Part shown: positions 35,604 to 45,480 of the stretch, one piece after another
How the letters are laid out: each line of letters starts with the position of its first letter
How positions within the stretch are numbered: position 1 is the first letter of the stretch
DNA from: a virus
Virus record (IMG/VR): IMGVR_UViG_3300022562_001644
Span: 1 to 64,000 of that record
Length of the DNA: 64,000 nt
Strand: one strand, 5' to 3'
Made by a program: the position numbers and the translations under genes
The notes under the pieces: generated by a model
Databases searched by the model: none
What the model saw: only the letters and a program-made list of their open reading frames with translations
What the model was told of the DNA's origin: nothing

Positions 35604-38438
35604 CTAGACGAGAAGGGTCAGCTTGATGTTGTTGAGTGGAATCGGAATGGAGATGTCGATGTCGATCTCCACCGTATCCGGCGCGATATCGGACTCCTCG
35701 ATCCTGGTCAGAGAGCCGCCGCGGAGCGGAGCTCCGATTCGAGCAACTCGTTGATCTAGCAGGAAAGTGATGCCGCTCTGCCCCCTGGTCTTGAGTAGGT
35801 CCAACAGACCGTCGGTGATGTTGTAAATACCCAGGAACGGGCGATAGAGGCGACGGAAGAATCGCGCGATGAGGTCGACGTTCTTCGTGACCGAGAACTC
35901 CTGGAAGTAGATCGTGGTCAGGTCGGTGGTCAACTGGTGGCGAACAATGAGAGCAGCGTCCGGCACTGGCTGAACGAAGATCATGTTGCCGCCGCCGGCG
36001 ATAGTGTCGAGCTGGACGTCGCTGAAGATGTCATCCGAGTTCTCGCGACCAACGAATCCAGTCAGGGCAAGATTGGTGAAGCCCTGCTGGCTCGGCAGTC
36101 CGGCGGTTAGGCCAGAGAGAACCGGTGCAGCAAAGTACCCTGGGATGAGAGTTGCTTCGCCGTTGACCGACACGGCAAGCCTGTCCGGCCAGGTGTGAAC
36201 GACACGGCGGCTTCCAAAGGAGCTCGCGTATCCGGCCAGGAAGTCCGCTTGCTCATTGAGCGAGAGGTCTTTCGTGATGCGGTACTCTACATCGGTAAGG
36301 GTGCCACCGAATCCAGCGGTCGGATCGGAGTCGAGGGTGATCTGAGACTCAGAGTCAATCGATGCAATCGGATGACGAGTGCCAGTAATGAAGGCATCCT
36401 CGGTCGCATTTGGCGTGACCGACACGACATCGAGAGTCGTTAAGGTCGGAGTGGTGAGACCGTTGAATTCCTCGGTGACCGGGACAGTGCTGTTGTCTGT
36501 CCGAACGACCGTAGAGGAGAGAACAGCCTCGATGATGTGATCGGCGTTGTTGGCGCCGTTGGTAGCACCAGCAACACGCAGCTTCCGACCGATGTCGTCA
36601 TCAGTGAAGATCGCGCCGAGGATAGTCCACTGCCGGCTCGGTCCGTCGACGGAGTCGGAGACAGCATCGCGAGCAGGCTCACGATTGATGTCGTACAGGG
36701 TCGCCGCATGGCCGGCAAATGTTTCGTCAGCCCCGGGAACCTCGATGGTGGTGATGGTCGTAGAGCTGAGGACGTTTCCTACGGTGAAGACGCCGTCATT
36801 GAGCCCACCGACAGTTCCGGTGATGTACAGCAGGCGACCGATATCAGCCGGCGTGAACGCGCCATTGGTGAAGGTCCAGGTCTTGGTGGCCTGGACAACA
36901 TTGTCGACACCGTCATCGGTGGTGATGGCTCGAGCCAGGTCAACAATCCAGGCACGGGTGCCTGCGGCCATGAGCTCGGCGCCGCCCGGCGGAGTCGGGG
37001 TCACACCGACCTTCGCAGTGCTCACGATGGAGGCAATTGCGTAGGCGATATCATTGGCCGGGCTGGTCGCACCGCGGACCAGGATGGTTCTCCCGACGTC
37101 TGCGGCAACGAACTCGCCGTTGGTGATCTGGATTTCATCCGGGCCAGCGGTGAAGTAGTCTCGCTCGTCCGGAGTTACCGAACGCTGGACACCTTCAACA
37201 GCGGTGTACGAAATGATTTCCAGCAAGGAGCCAACAGTCACGTCATCGGTGATGAAGCTTCCGTTGTCTGGGTCGCGGAACTGAGTGTTTTCGGTTCCGG
37301 CGATTCCATTGCCGACGCCGGAGGATGTCTCGGTGCCAATCCCGCTGGGCGGGACAAGAACTTCGACTGTGCGAATCTTTCGGTTGAAGAAGCAGACCCT
37401 TTCCCTGCCGACGGTTGATACAGACATGCCTTCGACATGAGCCTTGGCGAGCTGGTGAACGGCAGTGTTGTGGGTCATTACGGCAATGCCGTAGACGTCC
37501 TTGTTCTCAAGGAACTCCAGGGCGTCCTGCCAAGCCTGCTCTTCATTCGAGAGAAACCCTCCCCCCAGGCCAGTAAAGCTAACCTCGGTGGTGGTGTTCT
37601 GCAGGGCGAGGTTTACGCCGTAAGCGCCGACGTTCGAGGGAACAATGTTGCCAATCCCGAAGACGGCCTCAAGAGAGTCTAGGTCGGTGAATACCGTAAG
37701 GTCTCCGGCTAAGTCAGGTCGGAGAGCTCTCCAGGAGAGCAGAACGGTTCCCTCAACGACAGGAAGAGGGGTCGCATCGTTGCTTTGAAGGCCGGGGAGG
37801 ACGTCGACGCTGGTGGCGGTCTTGGTGATGCCGTTGGCAGCAAAGTCTTCTTCTGAGTACTCTTCTTCCGCTCGGTACTCAAGGACTCGGTACTCGACGT
37901 TGGTTAGGGGAAGAGCACTCTTCCACTCGGCAGCGAGAACAAGGGTGTTGTCATCGGTCTTCCTGATAACAAGCTTACGCCCCTGGTCGGCTGGATCTAT
38001 GCCAACTGCATCGATGATGTCGACGTAGAAGACGGGGGCACCCTCTGCGTCAGGATCGAACGATGAAAAGGCGCCAGCCGTGGCATCGGTGAAAAGATTT
38101 GGAGTGTCGAGGACTCCAGTAATCTTGCTGGCCGATGGCAGCGGGGGTTCTTTTACGAGGTAGACGTCCTGGAGCTTGAAGCCAACGCCCTTGTGGGCAC
38201 TAGCCTCGGCTTCATCATCGGGAGCATCGCCGAGGTCAACAATTGCACCCACCTCGAGCCCGACATAGGGATACGAGGTGATGGAAAGGTTGTCCTCAGA
38301 GTAGACACCGGCGTTGACGTCGTCTTCGATTTGGTAAGCCGGTCCGGCTACCAATGCGGGAAGAGACGGAAGCGCAAGTGCGGCGGCGGCTTGCTGGAAC
38401 TCTTGGATTACTTCAACTGCAGGTCGGCGATATGCCAT
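35604..38438 (-). CDS. tail sheath protein with repeated inserted domains
   Basis: MAYRRPAVEVIQE N-terminus; VRHQLTTD, EFSVTKNVD, PLNNIKLTLLV C-terminus. Confidence 0.85.
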   Translation of the reverse strand: MAYRRPAVEVIQEFQQAAAALALPSLPALVAGPAYQIEDDVNAGVYSEDNLSITSYPYVGLEVGAIVDLGDAPDDEAEASAHKGVGFKLQDVYLVKEPPLPSASKITGVLDTPNLFTDATAGAFSSFDPDAEGAPVFYVDIIDAVGIDPADQGRKLVIRKTDDNTLVLAAEWKSALPLTNVEYRVLEYRAEEEYSEEDFAANGITKTATSVDVLPGLQSNDATPLPVVEGTVLLSWRALRPDLAGDLTVFTDLDSLEAVFGIGNIVPSNVGAYGVNLALQNTTTEVSFTGLGGGFLSNEEQAWQDALEFLENKDVYGIAVMTHNTAVHQLAKAHVEGMSVSTVGRERVCFFNRKIRTVEVLVPPSGIGTETSSGVGNGIAGTENTQFRDPDNGSFITDDVTVGSLLEIISYTAVEGVQRSVTPDERDYFTAGPDEIQITNGEFVAADVGRTILVRGATSPANDIAYAIASIVSTAKVGVTPTPPGGAELMAAGTRAWIVDLARAITTDDGVDNVVQATKTWTFTNGAFTPADIGRLLYITGTVGGLNDGVFTVGNVLSSTTITTIEVPGADETFAGHAATLYDINREPARDAVSDSVDGPSRQWTILGAIFTDDDIGRKLRVAGATNGANNADHIIEAVLSSTVVRTDNSTVPVTEEFNGLTTPTLTTLDVVSVTPNATEDAFITGTRHPIASIDSESQITLDSDPTAGFGGTLTDVEYRITKDLSLNEQADFLAGYASSFGSRRVVHTWPDRLAVSVNGEATLIPGYFAAPVLSGLTAGLPSQQGFTNLALTGFVGRENSDDIFSDVQLDTIAGGGNMIFVQPVPDAALIVRHQLTTDLTTIYFQEFSVTKNVDLIARFFRRLYRPFLGIYNITDGLLDLLKTRGQSGITFLLDQRVARIGAPLRGGSLTRIEESDIAPDTVEIDIDISIPIPLNNIKLTLLV
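36450..37190 (-). repeat. three ~85-aa repeats within sheath (FxxxD(V/I)GRxxxxxGxxxxxN...SS)
   Basis: FVAADVGRTILVRGAT / FTPADIGRLLYITGT / FTDDDIGRKLRVAGAT. Confidence 0.8.
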
Positions 38439-38460
38439 CTAACGATCCTCCTGATGCACG

Positions 38461-39147
38461 CTAGTGTGTGCCACTCCCGCTTGTCCGTACAACAATGTCT
38501 TGCAGCTTCTTGGAGTTATTCGGCCTCACGCTGTATCTCCGCTGCACCATGGCCTGAATGGCGATGGGAACAACAGACATTTCTGGGCGTGAGTCGCTTT
38601 TTACGAGGGCTTCTTCCCCCATGTTCGTGGCCTCGACTTTGAAAAAGCCTAGATGATTCGGGACCATGATACCGCGTCTTGCGATTTTCCGCAGGACGTC
38701 TCGTAGCACCTGGAATCCCTCAAAAAGGTAGCCAGCAATGTCCTCGGCCTCGACGCCCTGGCGAGAGAAGCAAGAGAGAACTACAGACCCTCGAATGAGG
38801 TCGGTGTGAGTCCTGGTGTCGGTTCGCATGTCGATGGACTGGAGCTGTCGAAAACCGCTTGTACGCATCCACGCGAGGGGACCCCGATTGGCCACGATGG
38901 CCGGCTTGGAGCCAACCTGGTCGAGGTTGAATGCGTACTTATCCACAATCATTATCTGGGTTTTCTCCTGGTCTGGATCCCAGCAGATTCCCATCGGGTT
39001 GTTCTCGAGGAACATGAGCTGAGCAATTTCAAGGGCGTATGACTTGATGACCTGGTGCGCGCGCACGTACCGCCGCTGATCGTCATGGACGCTGCGGGCG
39101 TTGTCCTGAGAGACCTCAGGGGGAAGTACTGGTTGGTCGTCGCTCAT
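38461..39147 (-). CDS. putative tail completion/terminator protein
   Basis: Position upstream of sheath; PAIV.NRG, S....EAEDIA pattern. Confidence 0.55.
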   Translation of the reverse strand: MSDDQPVLPPEVSQDNARSVHDDQRRYVRAHQVIKSYALEIAQLMFLENNPMGICWDPDQEKTQIMIVDKYAFNLDQVGSKPAIVANRGPLAWMRTSGFRQLQSIDMRTDTRTHTDLIRGSVVLSCFSRQGVEAEDIAGYLFEGFQVLRDVLRKIARRGIMVPNHLGFFKVEATNMGEEALVKSDSRPEMSVVPIAIQAMVQRRYSVRPNNSKKLQDIVVRTSGSGTH

Positions 39148-39665
39148 GTAGTCGGGTTCTCATCTTCGACTTCCTTCAAAGCCTCTTCGAAGGCGTCGCC
39201 CAGTCTATTCCTAACCGTGTTGGTTACGGTGTTTTTCATGGATTCGACGGAAGCCTTTTCTGACTGCTCACGGAAGATGTTCTCGAGCTCGATGCGACGG
39301 AATACGAGGTCCGATCGGCCATCTGACCGAGACCTGATTTCGGGGACTCCAGTGCTGGCCTCGAACAAAGACTCTACCGATACGGCATCGACCCCCTCAG
39401 ACTTGTCATGTTGAGCCATCTTCGAGGTGGCCCCAAGAATTTCGCTGGCATTGTCGGAGGTAATAACGAAGCGATTCCCTTCCGTCTTAACCTTGACTGC
39501 TGCACCGGGAGCTCTGTTGAGCCCTGGATCTGCCTGAGTGTTCAGATCTCTCTCAATGTTCTTGCCGATCTTGTCGTTCACCCTCTGCAAAACGTCTTCG
39601 TAATTATCGAAGGCCGTCGACTTTCTCAGGTCGAATCTGAACCAGTTGTTGAAGTTCGTGCTCAT
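39144..39665 (-). CDS. hypothetical neck-region protein
   Basis: 173 aa, coupled. Confidence 0.65.
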   Translation of the reverse strand: MSTNFNNWFRFDLRKSTAFDNYEDVLQRVNDKIGKNIERDLNTQADPGLNRAPGAAVKVKTEGNRFVITSDNASEILGATSKMAQHDKSEGVDAVSVESLFEASTGVPEIRSRSDGRSDLVFRRIELENIFREQSEKASVESMKNTVTNTVRNRLGDAFEEALKEVEDENPTT

Positions 39666-39910
39666 GAGAGGCTGGAAAAGTTCGTCAGGTGATTGGGGGT
39701 GGTCAGCGGAGTTGGTGCCACATTGTATTGAGCGGTGGCGGTTAACTGCGGCTGGCCAGACTTGAGTCCAGTCCTTGCGCCTGATCCCTGTGTTGCATCC
39801 ATCACGGACTGGATCGCAGACGCGAGGTCATATCCGGCCGGTCGCTCATGCTGAGGGTAAGCTGCTATCTTGATGAGCTCGTCGGCAAATCCGCGCATGA
39901 AGTGATTCAT
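39662..39910 (-). CDS. small protein with MNHFxxGFxDELxKxA leader
   Basis: MNHFMRGFADELIKIAA. Confidence 0.75.
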   Translation of the reverse strand: MNHFMRGFADELIKIAAYPQHERPAGYDLASAIQSVMDATQGSGARTGLKSGQPQLTATAQYNVAPTPLTTPNHLTNFSSLS

Positions 39911-40785
39911 CAGAAAAGCCTCTCGTCCTTAATCTTCTCCCATTCTCGCACGATTTCACGCAGCTCTGCGTCGTCAATCTTCTGGACGAGTCTTGTGTAC
40001 TCAACCTGGTCGCGACCAATGCCATTGAGGCGGCAAATGTGCTGAATGGTTGTGCCCATGGGCTGAATTGTGCGAACCGATGCGATTCGCCAAAGCGTGG
40101 CAGGCATGACCTCGTAGATGAGGTCCCCGGGTTTGACCTGAGGGTATGCGGAGAACCAGCAGTCTTTTTCTTTAGACTGGAGCTCGCCGAAGTCGGCTAT
40201 CTGAACCAGCTTCTCGTCGGGGTTGTAGTCGACGAAGAATGGAATCGGATCGAAGTATGGCCGCTGTCGCCCGGTGTTTAAGCACAGCGTGCAATCTGAG
40301 CGGTCCGATCTTCCAGTTGTCGGGTTGTAGCAGACGCACCTGGCCGACGAGATCGTCCGCTCGACGAAGGCAAACGATGGCTTGCCCTGGAGATACTGGA
40401 GGACGAAGTCGTGGCGACGGATGATCTCAAGCTCGTGGGGCCTGGGGCTCGTCTCCCATGTACGAATCTCGGACAGGATGTCGCCGTTGGCCGTGGTTGC
40501 CCGAATTCGGTAGTAATACCTGCGCCACCAGTTGATAAGGTTCGCCGTGATGTCGACGTACTCATAGGATAGAACACCGCCCTGTCCAGCGATGCCGGTT
40601 TCGAGAACATCTATTTCATCGTCATCCGAGAAGCTCGGGGACTGAGATCGTTCGACGGCGAACTCAACTGTGTCGAGACCGCTGTGCTGGGTGACGAGAT
40701 CCCATGAGACCAATATCCTCGCATTCCCGCTCGGCGGCGACTCGGGCTGAGCGATGATTATGTCGAGCCGTTTGAAAGCGAGCAT
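39910..40785 (-). CDS. putative head-closure/neck protein with FN3-like domain and Cys cluster
   Basis: VSW...F.VERS...YYYRIRA; C.C...C..C..TG. Confidence 0.6.
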   Translation of the reverse strand: MLAFKRLDIIIAQPESPPSGNARILVSWDLVTQHSGLDTVEFAVERSQSPSFSDDDEIDVLETGIAGQGGVLSYEYVDITANLINWWRRYYYRIRATTANGDILSEIRTWETSPRPHELEIIRRHDFVLQYLQGKPSFAFVERTISSARCVCYNPTTGRSDRSDCTLCLNTGRQRPYFDPIPFFVDYNPDEKLVQIADFGELQSKEKDCWFSAYPQVKPGDLIYEVMPATLWRIASVRTIQPMGTTIQHICRLNGIGRDQVEYTRLVQKIDDAELREIVREWEKIKDERLF

Positions 40786-40789
40786 CGAC

Positions 40790-41266
40790 CTACCAGAAGT
40801 AATTGAGGATGGAGTATTCGGAGATCACGCCGCTGGCGAGCGAGCTGTTGATGTTCGCCGAGATCTTGAAGTTTTGCTTCTTCCGCTCGTACTCAGCCAC
40901 GAACTGCGCAATCCAGCTCTGGTAAAGCTGGGTCTTGTCGAAGATACGGACGGAAACACCGCCGGAGCTATATGCGAGCTCATTCCTCGATTGCAGAATG
41001 CCCTTGCTTCGGAGCACCTGGATAGTGGCTCCATATATCAGCAGGTACAGAGAGGGAAAGGTAGCAAGACCACTGGCACCCAGGAGGGGCGCCGTGATGT
41101 TGTAGTCGTCGATGGCCAAGTCGATTGCTAGATCGAGGTCCGTGTCCGTCGACTCTTCCCGTCGAATCAGCCGGTTGAGCTCGGGGGTATCATTGAGAAA
41201 GAGGCGAAGGAGCTTCCTTACTCGTTCGCGCTCGTTCTCTTCTGCGGTACCGGTTGTGGTTGCCAC
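40790..41266 (-). CDS. putative head-tail adaptor
   Basis: LRLFL.D....N.L; YSSGGVSV; position after MCP. Confidence 0.6.
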   Translation of the reverse strand: MATTTGTAEENERERVRKLLRLFLNDTPELNRLIRREESTDTDLDLAIDLAIDDYNITAPLLGASGLATFPSLYLLIYGATIQVLRSKGILQSRNELAYSSGGVSVRIFDKTQLYQSWIAQFVAEYERKKQNFKISANINSSLASGVISEYSILNYFW

Positions 41267-41294
41267 TGACTAGCCTCCCGGCGGGTGCCGGCGA

Positions 41295-41756
41295 CTAGCC
41301 TTCCCCGCGCCTGTTACGACGCTTTTTCTTCGAGCTCGAGTCATCCTCGGAACTCGAATCAGCATCGTCGGCGGAGGAAGACTCATCGCTGTCCGTTTCC
41401 TCCGCGGACGCAGCCTCGGCCTCAGCCAAGGCTTTTGCCTCGGCCTCAGCCTTCGCTTTCGCCAAAATCTCAGCCTTGGCTTTTTCCTTGGCTTCAGCCT
41501 CGGCCTTGGCCTTGGCGGCCCCGTCGTCCGAAGCCTGCTTAGCAGGCTCGGACTCGGGGAAGATCGGAGTAGGAGCGAACGAGCCCTCCTCGAGCTTCAG
41601 GACACCGGCGTCAACCAGAACCATGGTTCCCTTGTCCAGTCTGTTGACCGGACACTTGTCCCCTGGTTTCAGAAGTTTTCCGGCCTCAGTCAAGAAGACG
41701 TTTCGAGCACCCTTCTTGGATGAGGCGGAAATGTTTGTGACCCTGTACTTGAGCAT
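41295..41756 (-). CDS. hypothetical protein with AKAKAEAE repeats, acidic linker and basic tail
   Basis: Directly downstream of MCP. Confidence 0.7.
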   Translation of the reverse strand: MLKYRVTNISASSKKGARNVFLTEAGKLLKPGDKCPVNRLDKGTMVLVDAGVLKLEEGSFAPTPIFPESEPAKQASDDGAAKAKAEAEAKEKAKAEILAKAKAEAEAKALAEAEAASAEETDSDESSSADDADSSSEDDSSSKKKRRNRRGEG

Positions 41757-41807
41757 GGCTTACGTTACGCTCCGTCCGGTACTTGCGTCAAGTGACGTGA
41801 TGATCTC

Positions 41808-42701
41808 TTAGATCAGGGTCATCTTGGCGGCGGCACGGAGGTTTCCGTAGCCCATACCGACGTATTCCCAGGTCTGCCAGGAGACCATGTCAGCACGCTT
41901 CTCGATGTAGAACTTGGTGTCGTTCAGAATGTAGAAGTTGCCGAGGTATTTGGGGTCGGTGAAGATGTACAACGTTCCCGGGGGCACGATCGACGACTTG
42001 ATCGTGACGACCAGCTTGTGGCCGAGGATGGTGTTGTACTTGTAGCCGTTGACCAGGATCTCCGAGGCCAGCGGCGAGCCGATGACGGCCGACTCCTGGG
42101 TCATGAAGTCGTCCCAGTCCGCCTTGTGCATCAGGATGGTGCCAACGGCGAGCTCGTCGGTGTCGAGGGCCTTGAACAGTTTCACCAGGTTCTCGGAGGT
42201 GGCCGGGCCGGCAACCGCCGGGGCAACGTCCTTGCCGTTCGCGGCGATGACCGCGTCGGTGAACTCGATGAACTTTCCGTCCTCGATCTTCTGGATGTCC
42301 TTGACCGAGTTCTCCTCGATGACCTTGGTCACCGGGAAGTCGTAGGCCAGGAGCTCGGCTTCGTTCTTCTTGAACTTTTCCGATTCGATCTTGAAGAACG
42401 GAATCTCGTAGCGGTCGCCCTCGATGTACCGCTCGAACGCCTTGCCTCGGAAGTTCACCGCGGCCGCCGAGCTCTGGGGCTCGATGTCGACGATCTTCAC
42501 GAGGGTGTCGTGATTGACCGAACGCTGGCAGTCCGCCTTGGTGACGTATTCCGGGGGAAGAATCGAACGGGTGAACGAGACTTCGCGCAGGCGCTCGCGC
42601 ACGAAAGCGCCACCCGCCTGAGCGGCCTTCTCGAGACCGTCGTTGGTGTCCAACCTGGAAATGAACAGGTTGTTAAAGGTTGCGGCATCAATCTGATCCA
42701 T
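41808..42701 (-). CDS. major capsid protein (HK97-like fold, inferred)
   Basis: 297 aa, strong codon bias, AGGAG RBS, follows decoration/scaffold genes; VPPGTLYIFTDPKYLG. Confidence 0.8.
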   Translation of the reverse strand: MDQIDAATFNNLFISRLDTNDGLEKAAQAGGAFVRERLREVSFTRSILPPEYVTKADCQRSVNHDTLVKIVDIEPQSSAAAVNFRGKAFERYIEGDRYEIPFFKIESEKFKKNEAELLAYDFPVTKVIEENSVKDIQKIEDGKFIEFTDAVIAANGKDVAPAVAGPATSENLVKLFKALDTDELAVGTILMHKADWDDFMTQESAVIGSPLASEILVNGYKYNTILGHKLVVTIKSSIVPPGTLYIFTDPKYLGNFYILNDTKFYIEKRADMVSWQTWEYVGMGYGNLRAAAKMTLI

Positions 42702-42712
42702 GACTTTCTCCT

Positions 42713-42752
42713 ATAGTCCTTGCTGGGTTGCCTTTGACTCAGCCGGGACTAT
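42713..42752 (-). promoter_or_regulatory. stem-loop directly 5' of MCP RBS
   Basis: ATAGTCC/GGACTAT outer stem plus GCTG/CAGC inner stem. Confidence 0.45.
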
Positions 42753-43255
42753 GCCGGCGACTCGTAGTGAAGGACGCCGTTCGCGACTTCAAGAACCCGG
42801 CCAACGGCCGCTTGAAGCTGCGCAACAGTGACAGCGCCGGGGTCGACGGCATCGAGCATGCCCTTGCCGCCCTGGAAGGTGGCTACGAGCAGGTTGCCGG
42901 GGGCGAGGAAACCGGAGGCCGCATTGTACAGCTTGGTTTTCGCCTGGTAGGTGCCGGACAGAAGGTCGACGGTGCCAGTGGCAAGCGCGTCGGCCTGGCC
43001 GTTGCAGGAATCATCCTGACGGTAGCGGGTCCACGACGCTTTCGCGCCGAGGGCCGGAGCAGCGAGGGTATCGCCAGCGTCCAGCTTGGCAGCCTGGGTT
43101 TCTCCGCCGGCGGAGACAGGCTTCAGCCATTCACCAACATCGATCTCGGCAGCCGGATCGTTGATGGTCATGGGGTGACGAATGAGCTCGTCCATTCCTT
43201 TGACGAGTTCGAATTCGCGGGTAGTGCGAACATCTTTGGGTACGGGAAATGCCAT
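42749..43255 (-). CDS. putative head decoration protein
   Basis: 168 aa beta-rich, immediately upstream of MCP, AAGGAGGT RBS. Confidence 0.65.
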   Translation of the reverse strand: MAFPVPKDVRTTREFELVKGMDELIRHPMTINDPAAEIDVGEWLKPVSAGGETQAAKLDAGDTLAAPALGAKASWTRYRQDDSCNGQADALATGTVDLLSGTYQAKTKLYNAASGFLAPGNLLVATFQGGKGMLDAVDPGAVTVAQLQAAVGRVLEVANGVLHYESPA

Positions 43256-43276
43256 AGTTGACCTCCTTCAGGATCG

Positions 43277-44059
43277 TTATTCTTCCGCCAGCCTATGGAA
43301 GAAGGCTGCCGTGGCATCTTGGGGAACGCCTCCAGAAGAGGCAACTTTGCCGAAATCGGGCATGTCGACGTCGAGATTCAGAGCTTCTTCGACGACACGA
43401 AGATCTTTCTCCATAAGAGAAGCGATCTTTTCCTCGAACTCAGCGAAATTTTCAAACGGGGCAACCTTGCCTCGTTCCACCATGCTGAAAGCGAGCTTCA
43501 CTGCATCATTGCGTCGCTGGACATGGTCGAGCATGTCGGCCGCCTGCTTCAGCAGAACGTCTTTATCTTCCACTCGCTGTTCGTTGTCGTTTGCCATTTT
43601 CTCTCCGCCTGTCTTGTCTAGTTTCTCCGCAACGTACATTGTTGCCGCCAGCGGCGATACTACCTTGACTGCCTTCGAGATTGGGGCCGTTGCACTGTGA
43701 GTCTCATGTTCGATGAGTGCCCGATGCTTTGCCATTCCCATGGTACGCCGGGTGGGTAATACGTCAACTTGGCGAAACATTTTCTTTGTGCCGAGCTCGC
43801 GCTCGAGCATCCGCCCCAGTTTCTCGTCGATGTTTTTGATGGGACGGTGGTACTTGTCGTACAAAGCACGATTGACGCGCTCCTTACCCTTGAGCTTTCG
43901 GGCACCTGCGAGGAGCGGCCATAGGAAAAGAGAGCCAGACCCCTCGTCCTTCATAGCCTGACGGCGTCCCTCTCGAACGATCTTACTCGTGCTCGGGCTA
44001 TCCTTTGTGATGCGTCGAGCCAGGTCGCGCACCGTAGCCATTGCGCGACGGCGAGGCAT
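43277..44059 (-). CDS. head-cluster protein; C-terminal scaffold-like module with internal start at 43597
   Basis: KQAA, KVAP, KIAS, KVAS sites; GGAGAG before internal ATG. Confidence 0.7.
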   Translation of the reverse strand: MPRRRAMATVRDLARRITKDSPSTSKIVREGRRQAMKDEGSGSLFLWPLLAGARKLKGKERVNRALYDKYHRPIKNIDEKLGRMLERELGTKKMFRQVDVLPTRRTMGMAKHRALIEHETHSATAPISKAVKVVSPLAATMYVAEKLDKTGGEKMANDNEQRVEDKDVLLKQAADMLDHVQRRNDAVKLAFSMVERGKVAPFENFAEFEEKIASLMEKDLRVVEEALNLDVDMPDFGKVASSGGVPQDATAAFFHRLAEE

Positions 44060-44062
44060 AAC

Positions 44063-44935
44063 CTAGCCGGTGATGATTACGGGACCGCGACCAGACTTCT
44101 GCTTGTCGCCGCCGCCAGAAAGCGCCCTGTGACCCATATATCCCGCGCCAGCGTAGAGAGCAGGTTTCTTCATGGCATTGAGCTGCTTGCTGGTGAGACC
44201 AACCTCAGACCCACCAATCGTTCCGCTGACGGCGTAGTTCTTGGTGGCTTTCTCGCCAGCCTGAGCTGCCTGCATGGGGACAGACTTTTTCAGGTCATCG
44301 AACCCTGGAACCTTTTTGAAGCTCGTGTTTGGCATCGAGGTAAGAAGATTCAGTGATGAATCGTCGCCGAGATTCCGCCTCATCCTGGATAGGATAGCCA
44401 TTTTCTCTGCTTCACTGGCACCCTCGGCCCTTCTAAGAACATCCTGCCACTCGCGAATGTTCTTGCTGCTGTAGGCCTGAGCCTTCTCAAGCTTTTGGCC
44501 GGCTCGACCGAACCTTTTGGTCGCTACAAATTCTCGGGCCCGACGGCCCACTCGCCCGAAGACAGCCTGTTTCTCGAGAAACTCAGCAACCTCATGCGGG
44601 CTATGGCCAGCGTCAAGGGCAGCTTTGATGAAAGCTGCTTCCTTGGAGCCAAACTGCGCGGCCACCTTCACCGACCCTGGAGAGGAGTCTTCGATTTCTC
44701 GAAGCTCGGACAGAGTCCGGCCAATGATGGCGACCGCAGCAGTTTTCTCGACCAGTTCCTGCTGGTTCGACGAAACGACCTCTTCGGGGGTCGCCTCTGC
44801 AGCACGACGACACCGCTCGGCCAGTTTCTGAAGATCAGGTCCCTGGCTTTTTGCGGCGGCTTGTTTTTTCAAGCTGCCACCGGAGAGCTCGCTGACTCCG
44901 GTGACATCAAGAAGTTGATCGAGTGTGTAGCCCAT
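44063..44935 (-). CDS. head-cluster protein with K-x-A sites and C-terminal hydrophobic helix
   Basis: KQAA, EKTAA, VKVAA, EKQA; ALYAGAGYMG. Confidence 0.75.
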   Translation of the reverse strand: MGYTLDQLLDVTGVSELSGGSLKKQAAAKSQGPDLQKLAERCRRAAEATPEEVVSSNQQELVEKTAAVAIIGRTLSELREIEDSSPGSVKVAAQFGSKEAAFIKAALDAGHSPHEVAEFLEKQAVFGRVGRRAREFVATKRFGRAGQKLEKAQAYSSKNIREWQDVLRRAEGASEAEKMAILSRMRRNLGDDSSLNLLTSMPNTSFKKVPGFDDLKKSVPMQAAQAGEKATKNYAVSGTIGGSEVGLTSKQLNAMKKPALYAGAGYMGHRALSGGGDKQKSGRGPVIITG

Positions 44936-44977
44936 CTACATTTCCCCTGTGGGATGAGGTTTACCCTCGGTAATCCC

Positions 44978-45433
44978 CTAGCCGGGGTAGTGCTTAGAGA
45001 TCAGGTGAGAGACGTAAGAAGGGTCTTCGGCCATGCGCTCGAGGATTGCAGCCTTGATGGAGGCCTTCTTCTCGGACTCTTCGCCGCCCTTGTCTTCCTC
45101 GCCTTCACTCTTGGCTTTAGTTTCCTCGTCCTTTTTCTCGGACTCGGAAGACTTCTCGCCTCGAGCTTTCGCCATGAGGGCGGCGACGGCTTTCTCTTTC
45201 TCGCCTTCGCTCGCCTCAGGCATTTCCTCTTCCATCGCCTCTTTGACCAGATCGGCCATGACGTGATGGGCGAGAACTCGACCAATGTGGTCGTAGTCCT
45301 GTGCTTGCTTGATCAGCTCAGCGTCGACATTCGAGAAGTCGGCTCCGTACTGAGCGGAAGCCTGCGCCTGGGCTTCTTTGACGTGGTCTTGCTCATTGAG
45401 CGCCACGAACACTTCTTTGAGTGAGTTCATCAT
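44978..45433 (-). CDS. acidic scaffold-like protein (paralog of 45481 and 48787 genes)
   Basis: MNSLKEVF...VKEA...QAQDYDHIGRVLAH...DLVKEA. Confidence 0.75.
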   Translation of the reverse strand: MMNSLKEVFVALNEQDHVKEAQAQASAQYGADFSNVDAELIKQAQDYDHIGRVLAHHVMADLVKEAMEEEMPEASEGEKEKAVAALMAKARGEKSSESEKKDEETKAKSEGEEDKGGEESEKKASIKAAILERMAEDPSYVSHLISKHYPG

Positions 45434-45480
45434 CTTCTCCGGGGTTCAGTTGGAAATAACGGTCGGGGAAAACCCCAGGC

